The position numbers were made by a program, and so were the translations under genes. 64,000 nucleotides of DNA, taken from Marsupella aquatica (Eukaryota > Plantae > Marchantiophyta). The stretch's first letter is position 1, and each line of letters begins with the position of its first letter. Below the pieces are notes generated by a model. The model was given only the letters and a program-made list of their open reading frames with translations, did not search any database and was not told where the DNA came from. Shown here piece after piece: positions 35,132 through 45,940 of this stretch. The stretch covers positions 30,743,702 to 30,807,701 of the forward strand of contig OZ316892.1 in the NCBI GenBank assembly GCA_973895155.1, given 5' to 3'.

Positions 35132-35475
35132 TGTTGAGCATAGACGACATTCGTAACGGCAAGCCCATGAACCATCCAACGCACAAGAGTCGACACAGAG
35201 AGATACGTGGTTCACCTCCACATGAGGCTACGTCCACGGGAACATACAAGAGCTTTACTGCACTCTAGGCCGACCGGCCATACCAAGCATCCACAGCACA
35301 AGCTCTTCCTATCTCTCAACTAGCTCCATAACAATGAGCCTTTGTTCCACCAGGGTCTGGCATCAGCCCTGGCTATATGCACAACAGCACTACCGCTAAC
35401 CTTAGCTAGGTCCTAACCCGAGTTAGCCTAACTGTGGTTAGCACAAGAGTCACAAGACTAGAGCAATATCTAACA
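35132..35475 (-). repeat. Copia 5' LTR (344 bp)
   Basis: Direct repeat of 15023-15366, followed by TSD ACTAT. Confidence 0.97.
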
Positions 35476-36115
35476 ACTATAGGCGGGTCTGTAGCAAATG
35501 ACTAGGTCATTGCTACCACCGGCTACAGTAAACTCGCACTAGTCCAAGAGAATACGATAGAAAAATATCTATGAACGACCCTAATGATCGAGCACGTCCC
35601 TCCATGACCACCTAAGAAAATGGTAGGTTGCAAGCAACGCCTATGGCGCCGCTTGCCCCAGCAAATGCCTATGAGGTCGCTTTGGCCAAAAAAAGGCAAA
35701 AGAATAAGCAATGAGAGGAGAAGAGAAGAGAAGAGAATGAGGAGAATGAACTGAGAGACTCTCCCTTTTATGCTAATCATCTCTAAGTTCCTAATTAATG
35801 TCACAACTAACTTCATTAGCTACTAATTAATATCATACCTAACCTAATTAAAACCACACCCACCCATTCTTCTAGAATTACTCAAATAAAAATGTATATC
35901 TATGTTGAAAAATGAGTGAGAAGTCTACAAAAGGAATAAAAGCACATTTTTTTGTTTTCATGTTGACCCCCCTCTTGCAAGAAAAAGGAAAGATTTATAA
36001 AATCTGAAATCTCTCCATTCTTTGTCTTTTTTTGTTCCTCCCCTTAAAAGACCCTTAAACCATCCATCGCTCTCCACTTCTAAGATAGAATATAGGGGTT
36101 AGCTAGTTCGATACA

Positions 36116-37870
36116 CTCAACTAGTGTCTGCCCCCTCTAGCAAGAAAAAAATATAAACAAAGACCATTTTGAAAATCTCTCCCTTAAATACCCTTAAACC
36201 TCTCAACAATTAAAGAAAAAATTCTTTAAACTCTTTTTATTTCTCCCCTTAAAGTAATCCTCCATCCGGGCCAAAAAATAAAAATGTCTCTTTTTGTCTT
36301 TTTGATTTTCCCCTTCTTTAAAATACCCTTGATTCTCTATCTGTTTTAATTCTCAAAGAAAATAAAATAATGAGATCAACCATGGGGCATGCTCCTTACT
36401 CATGGTTTTTTCTAAACAAAAAAGAAACCCCTTTAAAAATCTTTTCGAGGTGACCAATTTCACCCAAAAACAAAAAGGAAGCCCCTTTAAGAGTAGTACC
36501 TTTTCAAGGTGACTTTGGTCCCAAAGGGAGATATATAAAAGCATTAAGAAATTCTAATATCTAAAAGACAAAGACATTAAATGGTGAGAGAATCAAGTAC
36601 ACACTTACATTGAGGGGGGACCATTTAATGTACTTTCATTTGTGTGTAATACCATATACAATATACACCCAATATCCCATGGTTGAGTATTGTATACAAA
36701 CCGAAGAGTGTTAGTGTGAGTGAAAATAATGTGACCAAAGTATATTTTTGCGCCTCTATACGTATGAGGAGAAAACTGTATGCGGAGAAAATACTTTAGA
36801 TGCATTTTTTGCCCCCCATCACATAACTGAACTGAAAGTTCAGCCAATAATTACTCAAACTAAAATATAGAAATTCAGAAAACAAACAAAAGAATATCTA
36901 TATTATTTGATTTTAATTTTATCTTTCTACTTTGTTAAAAATTGCCCTCAACTAGTGTTCACCTTCTCTTACAAGAAAAAAATACAAGTTCAACCAACAA
37001 ACAAAGACCAGTTTGAAAATCTCTCCCTTAAATACCCTTAAACCTCGCAACAATCAAAGAAAAAAATTATTAAAACCCTTTTTATCCCTCCCCTTAAAGT
37101 AACCCTCCATCGGGCCAAAGAAAGAAAATGTCTCTTTTTGTCTTTTTTATTTTCCCTTTCTTTCAAATACCCTTATCCTCTATCCCTTTTCACTCTCAAA
37201 TAAAATAAAATAATGATAACCACCATGGGGCATGCTCCTTACCCATTGTTTCTTCTAAACAAAAAGGAAGCCCCTTTAAAAATCATCTTCAAGGTGACCA
37301 AATTCACCCAAAAATAATAATAATATATATATAGATGTTTCTTCTAAACAAAAAGGAAACCCCTTTAAGAATCGTACCTTTTCAAGGGGACCAATTACAC
37401 CCAAAGGAAAATAAATATGATTCATTTCACTCAAAATGAAACATATAAAATCACTAAGAAATTCAAACAAGTAAAAGACAAAGACATTAATGGAACCAAT
37501 GGTGAGAGAATCAAGTACACACTTGCATTGAGGTGGGAGCATTCAATGTACTTTTATTTGTGTTGAATACAATATAGTCTGTGTACTCCAATTTGTCTTT
37601 GCATTGAGATGGGAGCATTCAATGTATTTTTATTTGTGTTGAATACAATATACTCTGTGTACTCCAATTTGTCTTGATCTTGACTACTCCATACAAACTA
37701 AAGAGTGTTAGAATGAGTATATTGTGCCTAAAGTATATTTGTGTGCCTCTATACATATGTGGAGAAAGCATATGGGGAGAAAACGTATTTGGAGAAAACC
37801 TATGCGCAGAAAAAAAGTTTGGAGCCATTTTGGGCTCCCACCACAAAGCTGAACTTTAAGTTCAGCCAAA
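36116..37870. repeat. Diverged AT-rich tandem duplication, two copies of about 0.8-0.9 kb
   Basis: CTCAACTAGTGT...GAAAATCTCTCCCTTAAATACCCTTAAACCTC...CCATGGGGCATGCTCCTTAC...GAGAATCAAGTACACAC...GTTCAGCCAA occurs from 36116 and again from 36947. Confidence 0.75.
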
Positions 37871-38732
37871 AATATATACAAAATGTTGTGAGGAATCATG
37901 CCGTCAACGTAGCAAAGTTTCTACTGCAAATACAGTCCACTTTCCTGCCTTGTCCGATAATCCTTCACGATAGTACTGTACAGTGCATCATTCCATTCTC
38001 GCGTCATTTGAGAATTATTCCCTTACGCCTTCCCTAACCCCAGAGTAGCTAACAAGCTTTCGAGCACGTTTCACGACCTATCTTGGGAATCTGGGAAGCT
38101 CAGACAGTTGAGATGCAGATGGAACTTCATATCGTTTTGGTCGAATCCAGACTGTCAACTCCCTTTGAAGCAGAAGAACATGGCCACTTTACTAGAATTG
38201 AATTATCTAATCTTCGACATGGATGTATTCGAAGATCTGAATACATCCATCAGTCTCGGCCAAAGGCTTCCTGCAAGTCGATGAACTCGAAGACTCATTG
38301 CTTGAAGTTTTCTGCTGGTGGAGGTCGCCATCCGCGCATTTGATCTTTATGCCCTTGATTTTCGTCTCCTGTCACCAATGTGAGTTCCCTTCCAGTACCA
38401 TGTTCACAGCAAGGCAGCTACAGTATGCAAATTCTTCTTTTGATCTAAGGACAATACTCAACTAACATGTCAAAAGAGGTTTCTACATATCAAGCCAACA
38501 GCTTGATTTCACGCACCTATAATTTCGACACTCAAAACGAAACTTGCGTGACATTTCTCTTACATGAAATGGTCTTTCAGCCAGAAGAGGGCTAGGTACA
38601 ACCCCCAATTGCAAAATCTCAAAATTAATGTTACAGAATTGCGACACCCAAAACCTGACTGTATCTGCGCTGCCAGTGACTACTGATTTGAACTCACTTT
38701 CCAGCCAGCCCAACACAGCTTTCAATCTGGGT

Positions 38733-41700
38733 TCACCAGTAATCACCACAAGAACACATTCCATCTTTAAAATGGTGGAACCGATTTGCATCCCTTGCAA
38801 TAATCTCGCGTCCGGTCACCTTAGAGATATACTTGGTTGCTGAGTGGCAATCTGAACACACCCGAAGGTTCTTACTTACACGAATAGGTTCTCCCCAAGG
38901 TAAGTGCATAAGTCCGTAAGCAATAGCCAACTTCTCACTATGAGAGCAAAGGGCTAGCTCTTTATCCTCTTCATTGATATCATGCAACACAAGCTGGGTA
39001 TCCGGAATGTAGCCTTCCGCCTTCAGTTTTTCAGTCAATTTATTCAGCTCAGTATAGATCGCCTCCGCTTCTGGGTGAGATGTATCCCCCACCACAAATT
39101 CATGGATCTTGTCATGAACTTCGATCCAGCTACGTCCTGGCTCCTTCCGAACACCTCTCTCTTGCATCATAGTGCGCACAGATGACACCTTCTCCCACTT
39201 CCCAGCTGCAGCATAGATATTGGAGAGCAGCACATATGTAGAGGCCTTACCGGGTTCCAACTTGAAAAGCTCGTTAGCGGCCAGTTCACCCAGCTCCACG
39301 TTACCGTAAGTTCTACAAGCCCCAAGCAAGGCTGTCCAAGTTACATCATCTGGTTCGATCGGCATCTCACTGATCAACTGCTTTGCTTCTTCCACGTGTC
39401 CCGCCCGCCCAAGAATATCCACCATGAGGTTATAGTGAAAAATAGTACGCTCGATACCATAATCTTGCGTCATAGCAGAAAAGACTCTACGGCCATCATC
39501 AACAAGGCCTCCATGAGAACAGGCTGACAACACAGCTGTGAATGACGTCTCGGTGGGCTTCACATGGTCTGCATTCATTTGTCTGAAAAGTTCCAGGGCT
39601 TCCTGCCCATATCCGTGTTGTGCAAGTCCACCGATCATTATGTTCCAAGTCACTACATCGCGTTTCTCCATTCTGTTAAAAACAAGTCGGGCGTCAGCTA
39701 TACTGCCACTCTCTGCATACATGTGAACGAGTGCACTACCCACACGCAAATCCGACTCCAGTCCGGCTTTGCTAGCGTGGCCATGAACCTCCTTCACCCA
39801 CTCCAAAGCCCCCGCACTTGCAGATGCACTCAGGATGGTCACATAAGTGATTTCATCTGGTTCGAAGCCTTGGCGTCTCATTTCAAGAAACATTCGATAT
39901 GCTTCATGCCCAGATCCATGTTGTGCAAGCCCTCCTATCATTATAGTCCATGTGATTACATCGCGTTTCTCCATTCTGTCAAAGACCAGTCGGGCATCAT
40001 CTATACTGCCAATCTTCGCATACATGTGAACGAGTGCATTGCCCACACGCAAATCCGACTCCAGTCCAGCTTTGCTAGCGTGGCCATGAACCTCCTTCAC
40101 CCACTCCAAAGCCCCCGCACTTGCAGATGCATTCAGGATGGTCACATAAGTGATTTCATTTGGTTCCAAGCCTTCACGTCTCATTTGGAGAAAAAGTTGA
40201 TATGCTTCATGCCCGCATCCATGTTGTGCAAGTCCACCGATCATTACGTTCCATGTGATGACATCGCCTTTCTCCATTTTGTCAAACACTAGTCGGGCAT
40301 CATCTATACTGCCACTCTCTGCATACATGTGAACCAGTGCATTGACCACACGCAAATCTGACTCCAGTCCCGCTTTGCTAGCATGGCCATGAACCTCCTT
40401 CACCCACTCCAAAGCCCCCGCACTTGCAGATGCATTCAGAATACTCGCATAAGTGAATGCATCTGGTTCAAAGCCTTCCCGTCTCATTTGGAGAAACAAT
40501 CGATATGCTTCGTGCCCACATCCATGTTGTGCAAGTCCCCCGATCATTACGTTCCATGTGACTACATTGTGTTTCTCCATTCCCTCAAAAACAAGTCGGG
40601 CGTCATCTATACTGCCACTCTTTGCATACATGTGGACCAGTGCAGTGCCCACACGCAAGTCTGACTCCAGTCCTGCTTCGGCAGCATGGCCATGAATCTC
40701 CTTCACCCACTCCAAAGCCCCCGCACTTGCAGATGCATTCAGGATGCTCAGATAAGTGATTGCATCTGGTTTGACGCCTTCCCGTCTCATTTGGAGGAAT
40801 AGTCGATATGCTTCGTGCCCACATCCATATTGTGCAAGTCCTCCTATCATTACATTCCATGTGATTACGTCGCGTTTCTCCATTCTGTCAAAAACCAGTC
40901 GGGCGTCACCTATCCTGCCACTCTCTGCATACATGTGAACCAGCGCAGAGCCCACACGCAAATCCGACTCCAGTCCGGCATTTCTAGCATGGCCATGAAC
41001 CTCCTTCACCCACTCCAAAGCCCCCGCACTTGCAGATGCATTCAGAATACTCGTATAAGTGAATGCATCTGGTTCAAAGCCTTCCCGTCTCATTTGGAGA
41101 AACAATCGATATGCTTCGTGCCCACATCCATGTTGTGCAAGTCCTCCTATCATTACATTCCATGTGATTACGTCGCGTTCCTCCATTCTGTCAAAAACCA
41201 GTCGGGCGTCACCTATCCTGCCACTCTCTGCATACATGTGAACCAGCGCAGAGCCCACACGCAAATCTGACTCCAGTCCCGCTTTCCTAGCGTGGCCATG
41301 AACGTGCTTCACCCATGCCAAACCCCCATCACATGCGGATGCATTCAGGATGCTCGTATAGGTGATTGCATTTGGTTCGAAGCCATCCCGTCTCATTTGG
41401 AGGAATAGTCGATATGCTTCCAAACCATCACCACGTTCTGCACATGCTCCAATCATAACATTCCATGTAATGACATTTCGATTAGTCAACTTTTCAAAAA
41501 CTTTCCTTGCCTCGGTGATGCACCCACATTTAGCGTACATCAGTACTAGAGCAGACCCTACACGCACGTCCGATTCAAAGCCGGCATGTCGAATGCCCTG
41601 ATGAATTTCTCTTCCCCAATTGAGAGCTAATGGGCTTGAACATGCATTCAGGATGCTCAGATACGTGATCTCATTCGGCTTCACGCCTTCTTGGCGCATT

Positions 41701-42215
41701 AGATTGAAAATTTCGAGTGCAGATTCAGCATGATCACTCCTAGCGTATCCCGCAATCATGCTGGTCCAAGTAATAACACTCTTCTTCTGAATTTGATCAA
41801 AAACTCTACGTGCATCCGATAAATCTCCGCATTTGATATACACATTCAAAAGCGTGATTGCCACATATGGATTTTCGTGAATTCCACTCTCGATGATGCA
41901 ATCATGAATTTGCTTGGCTCCTGAAAGGTCTTTCTGTTGCAAGCACATTTGCAGAACTTTAACATATGTGTACGAGTCTATAGGAATGCCTCGCTGTAGA
42001 CGATCTTTCAACATAGCAATTGTTTGACCCGTGCTACCAGGATGCATATGCCTACTGCCAATCCCTTTTGCAGTGACTTGAGACCGATCTCTCGTGCAAT
42101 AACTAGCATTAGATGGAAATCTGCAGTGAGTAACCAAATTCGCCCTTGCCTTAACCCACGCTGGGGTTGACCATCCATCCACCCAAAGTGCTAGTCTTGT
42201 CAACTTCTGATTCAA
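38733..42215 (-). CDS. PLS-class pentatricopeptide repeat protein with E1/E2 and DYW cytidine-deaminase domain (organellar C-to-U RNA editing factor)
   Basis: 26 PPR motifs (L-S-(P-L-S)x7-P2-L2-S2), PG box PGRSWIEV, HSEKLA, CSDCH and terminal CSCGDYW. The listed start is a TTG, so the real start may be a downstream ATG or an upstream exon. Confidence 0.97.
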   Translation of the reverse strand: MNQKLTRLALWVDGWSTPAWVKARANLVTHCRFPSNASYCTRDRSQVTAKGIGSRHMHPGSTGQTIAMLKDRLQRGIPIDSYTYVKVLQMCLQQKDLSGAKQIHDCIIESGIHENPYVAITLLNVYIKCGDLSDARRVFDQIQKKSVITWTSMIAGYARSDHAESALEIFNLMRQEGVKPNEITYLSILNACSSPLALNWGREIHQGIRHAGFESDVRVGSALVLMYAKCGCITEARKVFEKLTNRNVITWNVMIGACAERGDGLEAYRLFLQMRRDGFEPNAITYTSILNASACDGGLAWVKHVHGHARKAGLESDLRVGSALVHMYAESGRIGDARLVFDRMEERDVITWNVMIGGLAQHGCGHEAYRLFLQMRREGFEPDAFTYTSILNASASAGALEWVKEVHGHARNAGLESDLRVGSALVHMYAESGRIGDARLVFDRMEKRDVITWNVMIGGLAQYGCGHEAYRLFLQMRREGVKPDAITYLSILNASASAGALEWVKEIHGHAAEAGLESDLRVGTALVHMYAKSGSIDDARLVFEGMEKHNVVTWNVMIGGLAQHGCGHEAYRLFLQMRREGFEPDAFTYASILNASASAGALEWVKEVHGHASKAGLESDLRVVNALVHMYAESGSIDDARLVFDKMEKGDVITWNVMIGGLAQHGCGHEAYQLFLQMRREGLEPNEITYVTILNASASAGALEWVKEVHGHASKAGLESDLRVGNALVHMYAKIGSIDDARLVFDRMEKRDVITWTIMIGGLAQHGSGHEAYRMFLEMRRQGFEPDEITYVTILSASASAGALEWVKEVHGHASKAGLESDLRVGSALVHMYAESGSIADARLVFNRMEKRDVVTWNIMIGGLAQHGYGQEALELFRQMNADHVKPTETSFTAVLSACSHGGLVDDGRRVFSAMTQDYGIERTIFHYNLMVDILGRAGHVEEAKQLISEMPIEPDDVTWTALLGACRTYGNVELGELAANELFKLEPGKASTYVLLSNIYAAAGKWEKVSSVRTMMQERGVRKEPGRSWIEVHDKIHEFVVGDTSHPEAEAIYTELNKLTEKLKAEGYIPDTQLVLHDINEEDKELALCSHSEKLAIAYGLMHLPWGEPIRVSKNLRVCSDCHSATKYISKVTGREIIARDANRFHHFKDGMCSCGDYW

Positions 42216-45185
42216 CTCAGGTGCTCTGGGCTTCCACTGTCAGCACCACAACCCACGATCAGATCTGCTACCAGGATAAAATCCAGGAGATTCCACGAGG
42301 TGCAATGAATTTGTAGTTATTTCTTGACGACTATGTTTCCAGTGATCTTTCGACAATGAGTGTTTTCAGAAATGGATAGCAGACCGGTAAGCCTCTCGAG
42401 TTCTAGGGTGCATTCCTACCTCCGTCCAAAGATGTATTTTCTTGTCTCCCTTGCTCTGCTGTGATCTTTGGTACAGATAACTTGCAAAAGTTAAATGACT
42501 CCTTTCCAACTGAGAGTAACGGCTATCTGTCAAGAATGCAATGATCTTAGAATAGAATATTGAAATAATTGTGAAAGGCATATCCAGGTATCAACAAGCT
42601 CGTTCCTTCTCCCGTATTTCACTGTACCCACAGAAAGGACAGAGTCAAGAGCCATCGAATTGGTACTAAAATACTTCAGCCAGGACAGGACAGACTCTTA
42701 GGGCATCTTGACAGGCGTTCATTTGTAAGTTGCCTACACTGTCCTTTCTGCGCTATACACAAACCAGAATCTCAGGTTTCTGAAAAGAGACTACTTAGAA
42801 ATAAAGCCTAGCCATCATCTGTAGAATCCATCGTGATTAGACACAGATGACATGAACGTGAAAGCGCTTCCCTCCCTCTCCTACAATTCAGAAATAAAGG
42901 TTATCCATCATTCTTGAACTTGGCCTTATACAATCCGTGAAGAGACACATACGACATGAATGTAACAGCCTCCCCTCCCCTCCCCTCCCCCCCCCACCCT
43001 GTGCTTCTTAACACGAAAAAGGAATCAAACTTGAAGTTCAACTCAAGTCTTGATCACATAAGCCTCATAGCAGGAAATTCCCGCAACTATAAATGTCACA
43101 CCGTGGTGCTGGAACAAGAGTTTCTGTTTAAAAGTAGGTACGCATAACGTTGAAATCGCTCTTCAGTCTCATTACCTGAAGGCCGTGTACAAGAACAATG
43201 GCGGATGCCAATACCAATCAAACCGGAAGATGAAGGATAAACTCTGCAAATCAAACGTCTTTGTTGAGAATGTATTCAAGGTCGTTTGGTCACATCAAAT
43301 CCAACAAAATGACATGCATACAAATTTAATCATACCTGGCTGAGGACTGTTGCCTAAAGCGGTCCATATCCAAAAGTTCCATCGAGTCAGCTCCGTTCCC
43401 GTGCCGGGAATACGGAGCTCAATGGTACAGTTTTGAGAAATACGATCTTACCTGTTTGACAAAGGTTCAAATCAGTCTAAGTAGTGCAATCTTGCAGAGC
43501 CCTCAAATTTCAAGTCTCATCTTTCCTTCCCATGGACTTAGAAAGAATATTCATTACGCGAAGGCTCTGTTGGGGAAACCTTGCCCGGGCAGAGGAATCT
43601 CAGCTCAGCGTAACAGTTGGAGGAAGCCCTAGAAGCATAGCAGTAGCGGTATCTTCTCCAGGATCAATTCCTCCTGCTGGACTCTTTTACGAATCATCCC
43701 AGCTTTGCCATCAAAACTTGAGAATCAAAACCACAAGTTTTGAGAAGAAAAAGTATGAGAAGATCTTCCATCCAAACCCCAAAGCAACCCACCGTCATAC
43801 CTGCACATAGCCCTCTGAAAAACTATGGCGCGAGTGCTCTTGTTTATCGCCCTCCAAGAAAGAGCCCTTTCCAACTGAAGTGTCCTGCATACCAAACGAC
43901 GACATTTCTTCAAAGAAGAACTTGTGAACAAGTGTTATGCAGACCGTGTAAGTAGCAAATTGGGCAGGCTCGACAATTCGTTCAGAACAACAAGTTGAAG
44001 CAAGTGGCAACAAAATTGATCTAGATTGTAACGGGAAATCAGGAGACGGGCAGCAGGAGACGGGCAGCAGGAGACGTCATGCAAGAAATGAGCAGGACTT
44101 GAACCAGGATGGACAGTATCCCGGGCTGAAAAAGAGATTCTGTCCCGCTTCCTTGGGCGCCCAGAGGTGAGTAGTATAGTTGCCCAGCAATTTAAGGTCG
44201 AAACGCAGAAGAACATCCAGTATAGCTAGGGCCTTACTAGGAATTCTCTGCCCAAAGGACATGACGAGAGGCCGTGTAAAAATGGTAACGCGAACCTAAC
44301 AGGGATCACTGGATTCGTCAGCATGTACTGTAGCTACGACGCACAGCTCGATACCAACTCCCCGAGACGCAACTAGAGCAATTGAGCAATCCTAAGCCAC
44401 TACGACAAGTAATTCTTAGCAGATTGTGAATTCTACAAGGATTGTTAGCTCATTAAATTAACTGGTGAACCACCATCCAATAATACATTCTTAATTTTGG
44501 TTTCTTTTATATTTTACAGCATAATTCATATTTGGCGAGTCTCTACGTGGTGGATTAAGGACTTCCTCTGTCGTCGAGTGTCATTTACTTTTCATCCCAA
44601 GTCATTCTCGACGGGGGTCTCTGAGATTCTGAGATGGATTCTCATCGACTTTTACCTAGAATCCTAGTTGGCGAGGGTCTCTGACATGCGGTCGCGCTCT
44701 CTGGCGAGCCTCTCTGTAGTGGATTAGGGACACTTGGGGTCTACCTAACACTTCCTCACTCGGAGTGTCATTTAGTTTTCACCCTCAATAATTCTCGGCA
44801 GGGGTCTCCAGGATGGACTCGGGTCATTTGGGACAACAGTATTTTGTACTCGGCAAGTGTCTCCAAATTGGTTTTGGTTCTCTTGTTGCCCACGGTCCAT
44901 TTTTACCCATGGTTTCCTAGTCGTAGTGTCGTTACCTGTTGACCTTTAGTTGTACTCGGCGAGCCCCTGTGAGATGGATTTGGGCCTCGTTGAGGATGGT
45001 AGATCTGTACGGACATTGTCGTTCTTTACAAACACGCGATCCGTACGGAATTTGATGGTCTGAACATTGAAAAGTACTGTACGGTGAGGCTTTGCATGCA
45101 CTTTTGGGTCCATCATCGTATTTTGGCGATGGTCTCTGACATCGGATGTGGGATAGAACCAATTTGGCTCCTTCATTTGAAATGG

Positions 45186-45250
45186 AACCCTAAACCCTAA
45201 ACCCTAACCCTAAACCCTAAACTTCTGTTTACTAAAACAAAACCCTAAAC
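45186..45250 (+). repeat. Short interstitial plant telomere-type repeats (CCCTAAA)n / telo-boxes
   Basis: AACCCTAAACCCTAAACCCTAACCCTAAACCCTAAA plus one more AAACCCTAAA. Confidence 0.85.
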
Positions 45251-45940
45251 ATAATTGGCCGCCTTTATCCAAGTCTCCTCCAGCAAACCCTCCTTGATCT
45301 TGTCGACTCCACTGTGCTCTTCCCCCTTCTCTTAACCCCAATTTCCTCTTTTAGTAAAGCCACCCAAATGATGACAAGTCTCAGTACGGCCCATACTCCC
45401 TTGTCGGCGATGGTCTCCCAGAATGGTATAATTGTGGGCCACCATTTTCCTCTTTGAGTTGAGGCACCGAGATGTTGACACATCTTAGTAGGCCTCAAAA
45501 TGAAATGACGGCGAGGGTCTCCTAGATTCGGACTCATTTTGAGCTGTTGACTAAAAACTCTAATTGTACCCTAAACTAGTGGTCAGTACTTGCATGAGCT
45601 GTCACACCAAAAGATTCATCCTTACGCGGATTCTGGCTTAGGCTGGCATAAACTTTGTTAGTATTGAGGGTTTGGGCAAAGGAGGGATGCGCAAACTGTA
45701 CTTTATTCCCGTAACCTAGCGCTAAGCGCGCCCGACTTTACAATTACACGTACCATAGGTATGCTTTGTGTTTCGCTGCCGGAACGTACCTTAAGTTGAT
45801 AGCTCGATTGACCTCAGCTTAAGGACTTCTAAGCCTTCATGTTGTCTGCCTCTGATCCGGATTGTCGTGTCCGGTAAGGAAGATGAAGCCCCCTCAATCG
45901 GCTTCGGGATCGGAGTAGGGCTAGAAGCCACGGGTGCCAA

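Larger units (their letters stand above)
15023..35475 (-). mobile_element. Full-length Ty1/copia LTR retrotransposon, interrupted by a nested gypsy element
   Basis: Two 344-bp TG...CA LTRs, TSD ACTAT (15018-15022, 35476-35480), iMet PBS, PPT and gag-PR-IN-RT-RH domain order. Confidence 0.97.

Noticed and set aside
38982-41601. Multiple plus-strand ORFs with repeated sequences
   Set aside because: They are antisense shadows of the PPR repeats.
45186-45250. True telomere or chromosome fusion site
   Set aside because: Only about six units in a single orientation; consistent with common telo-boxes.
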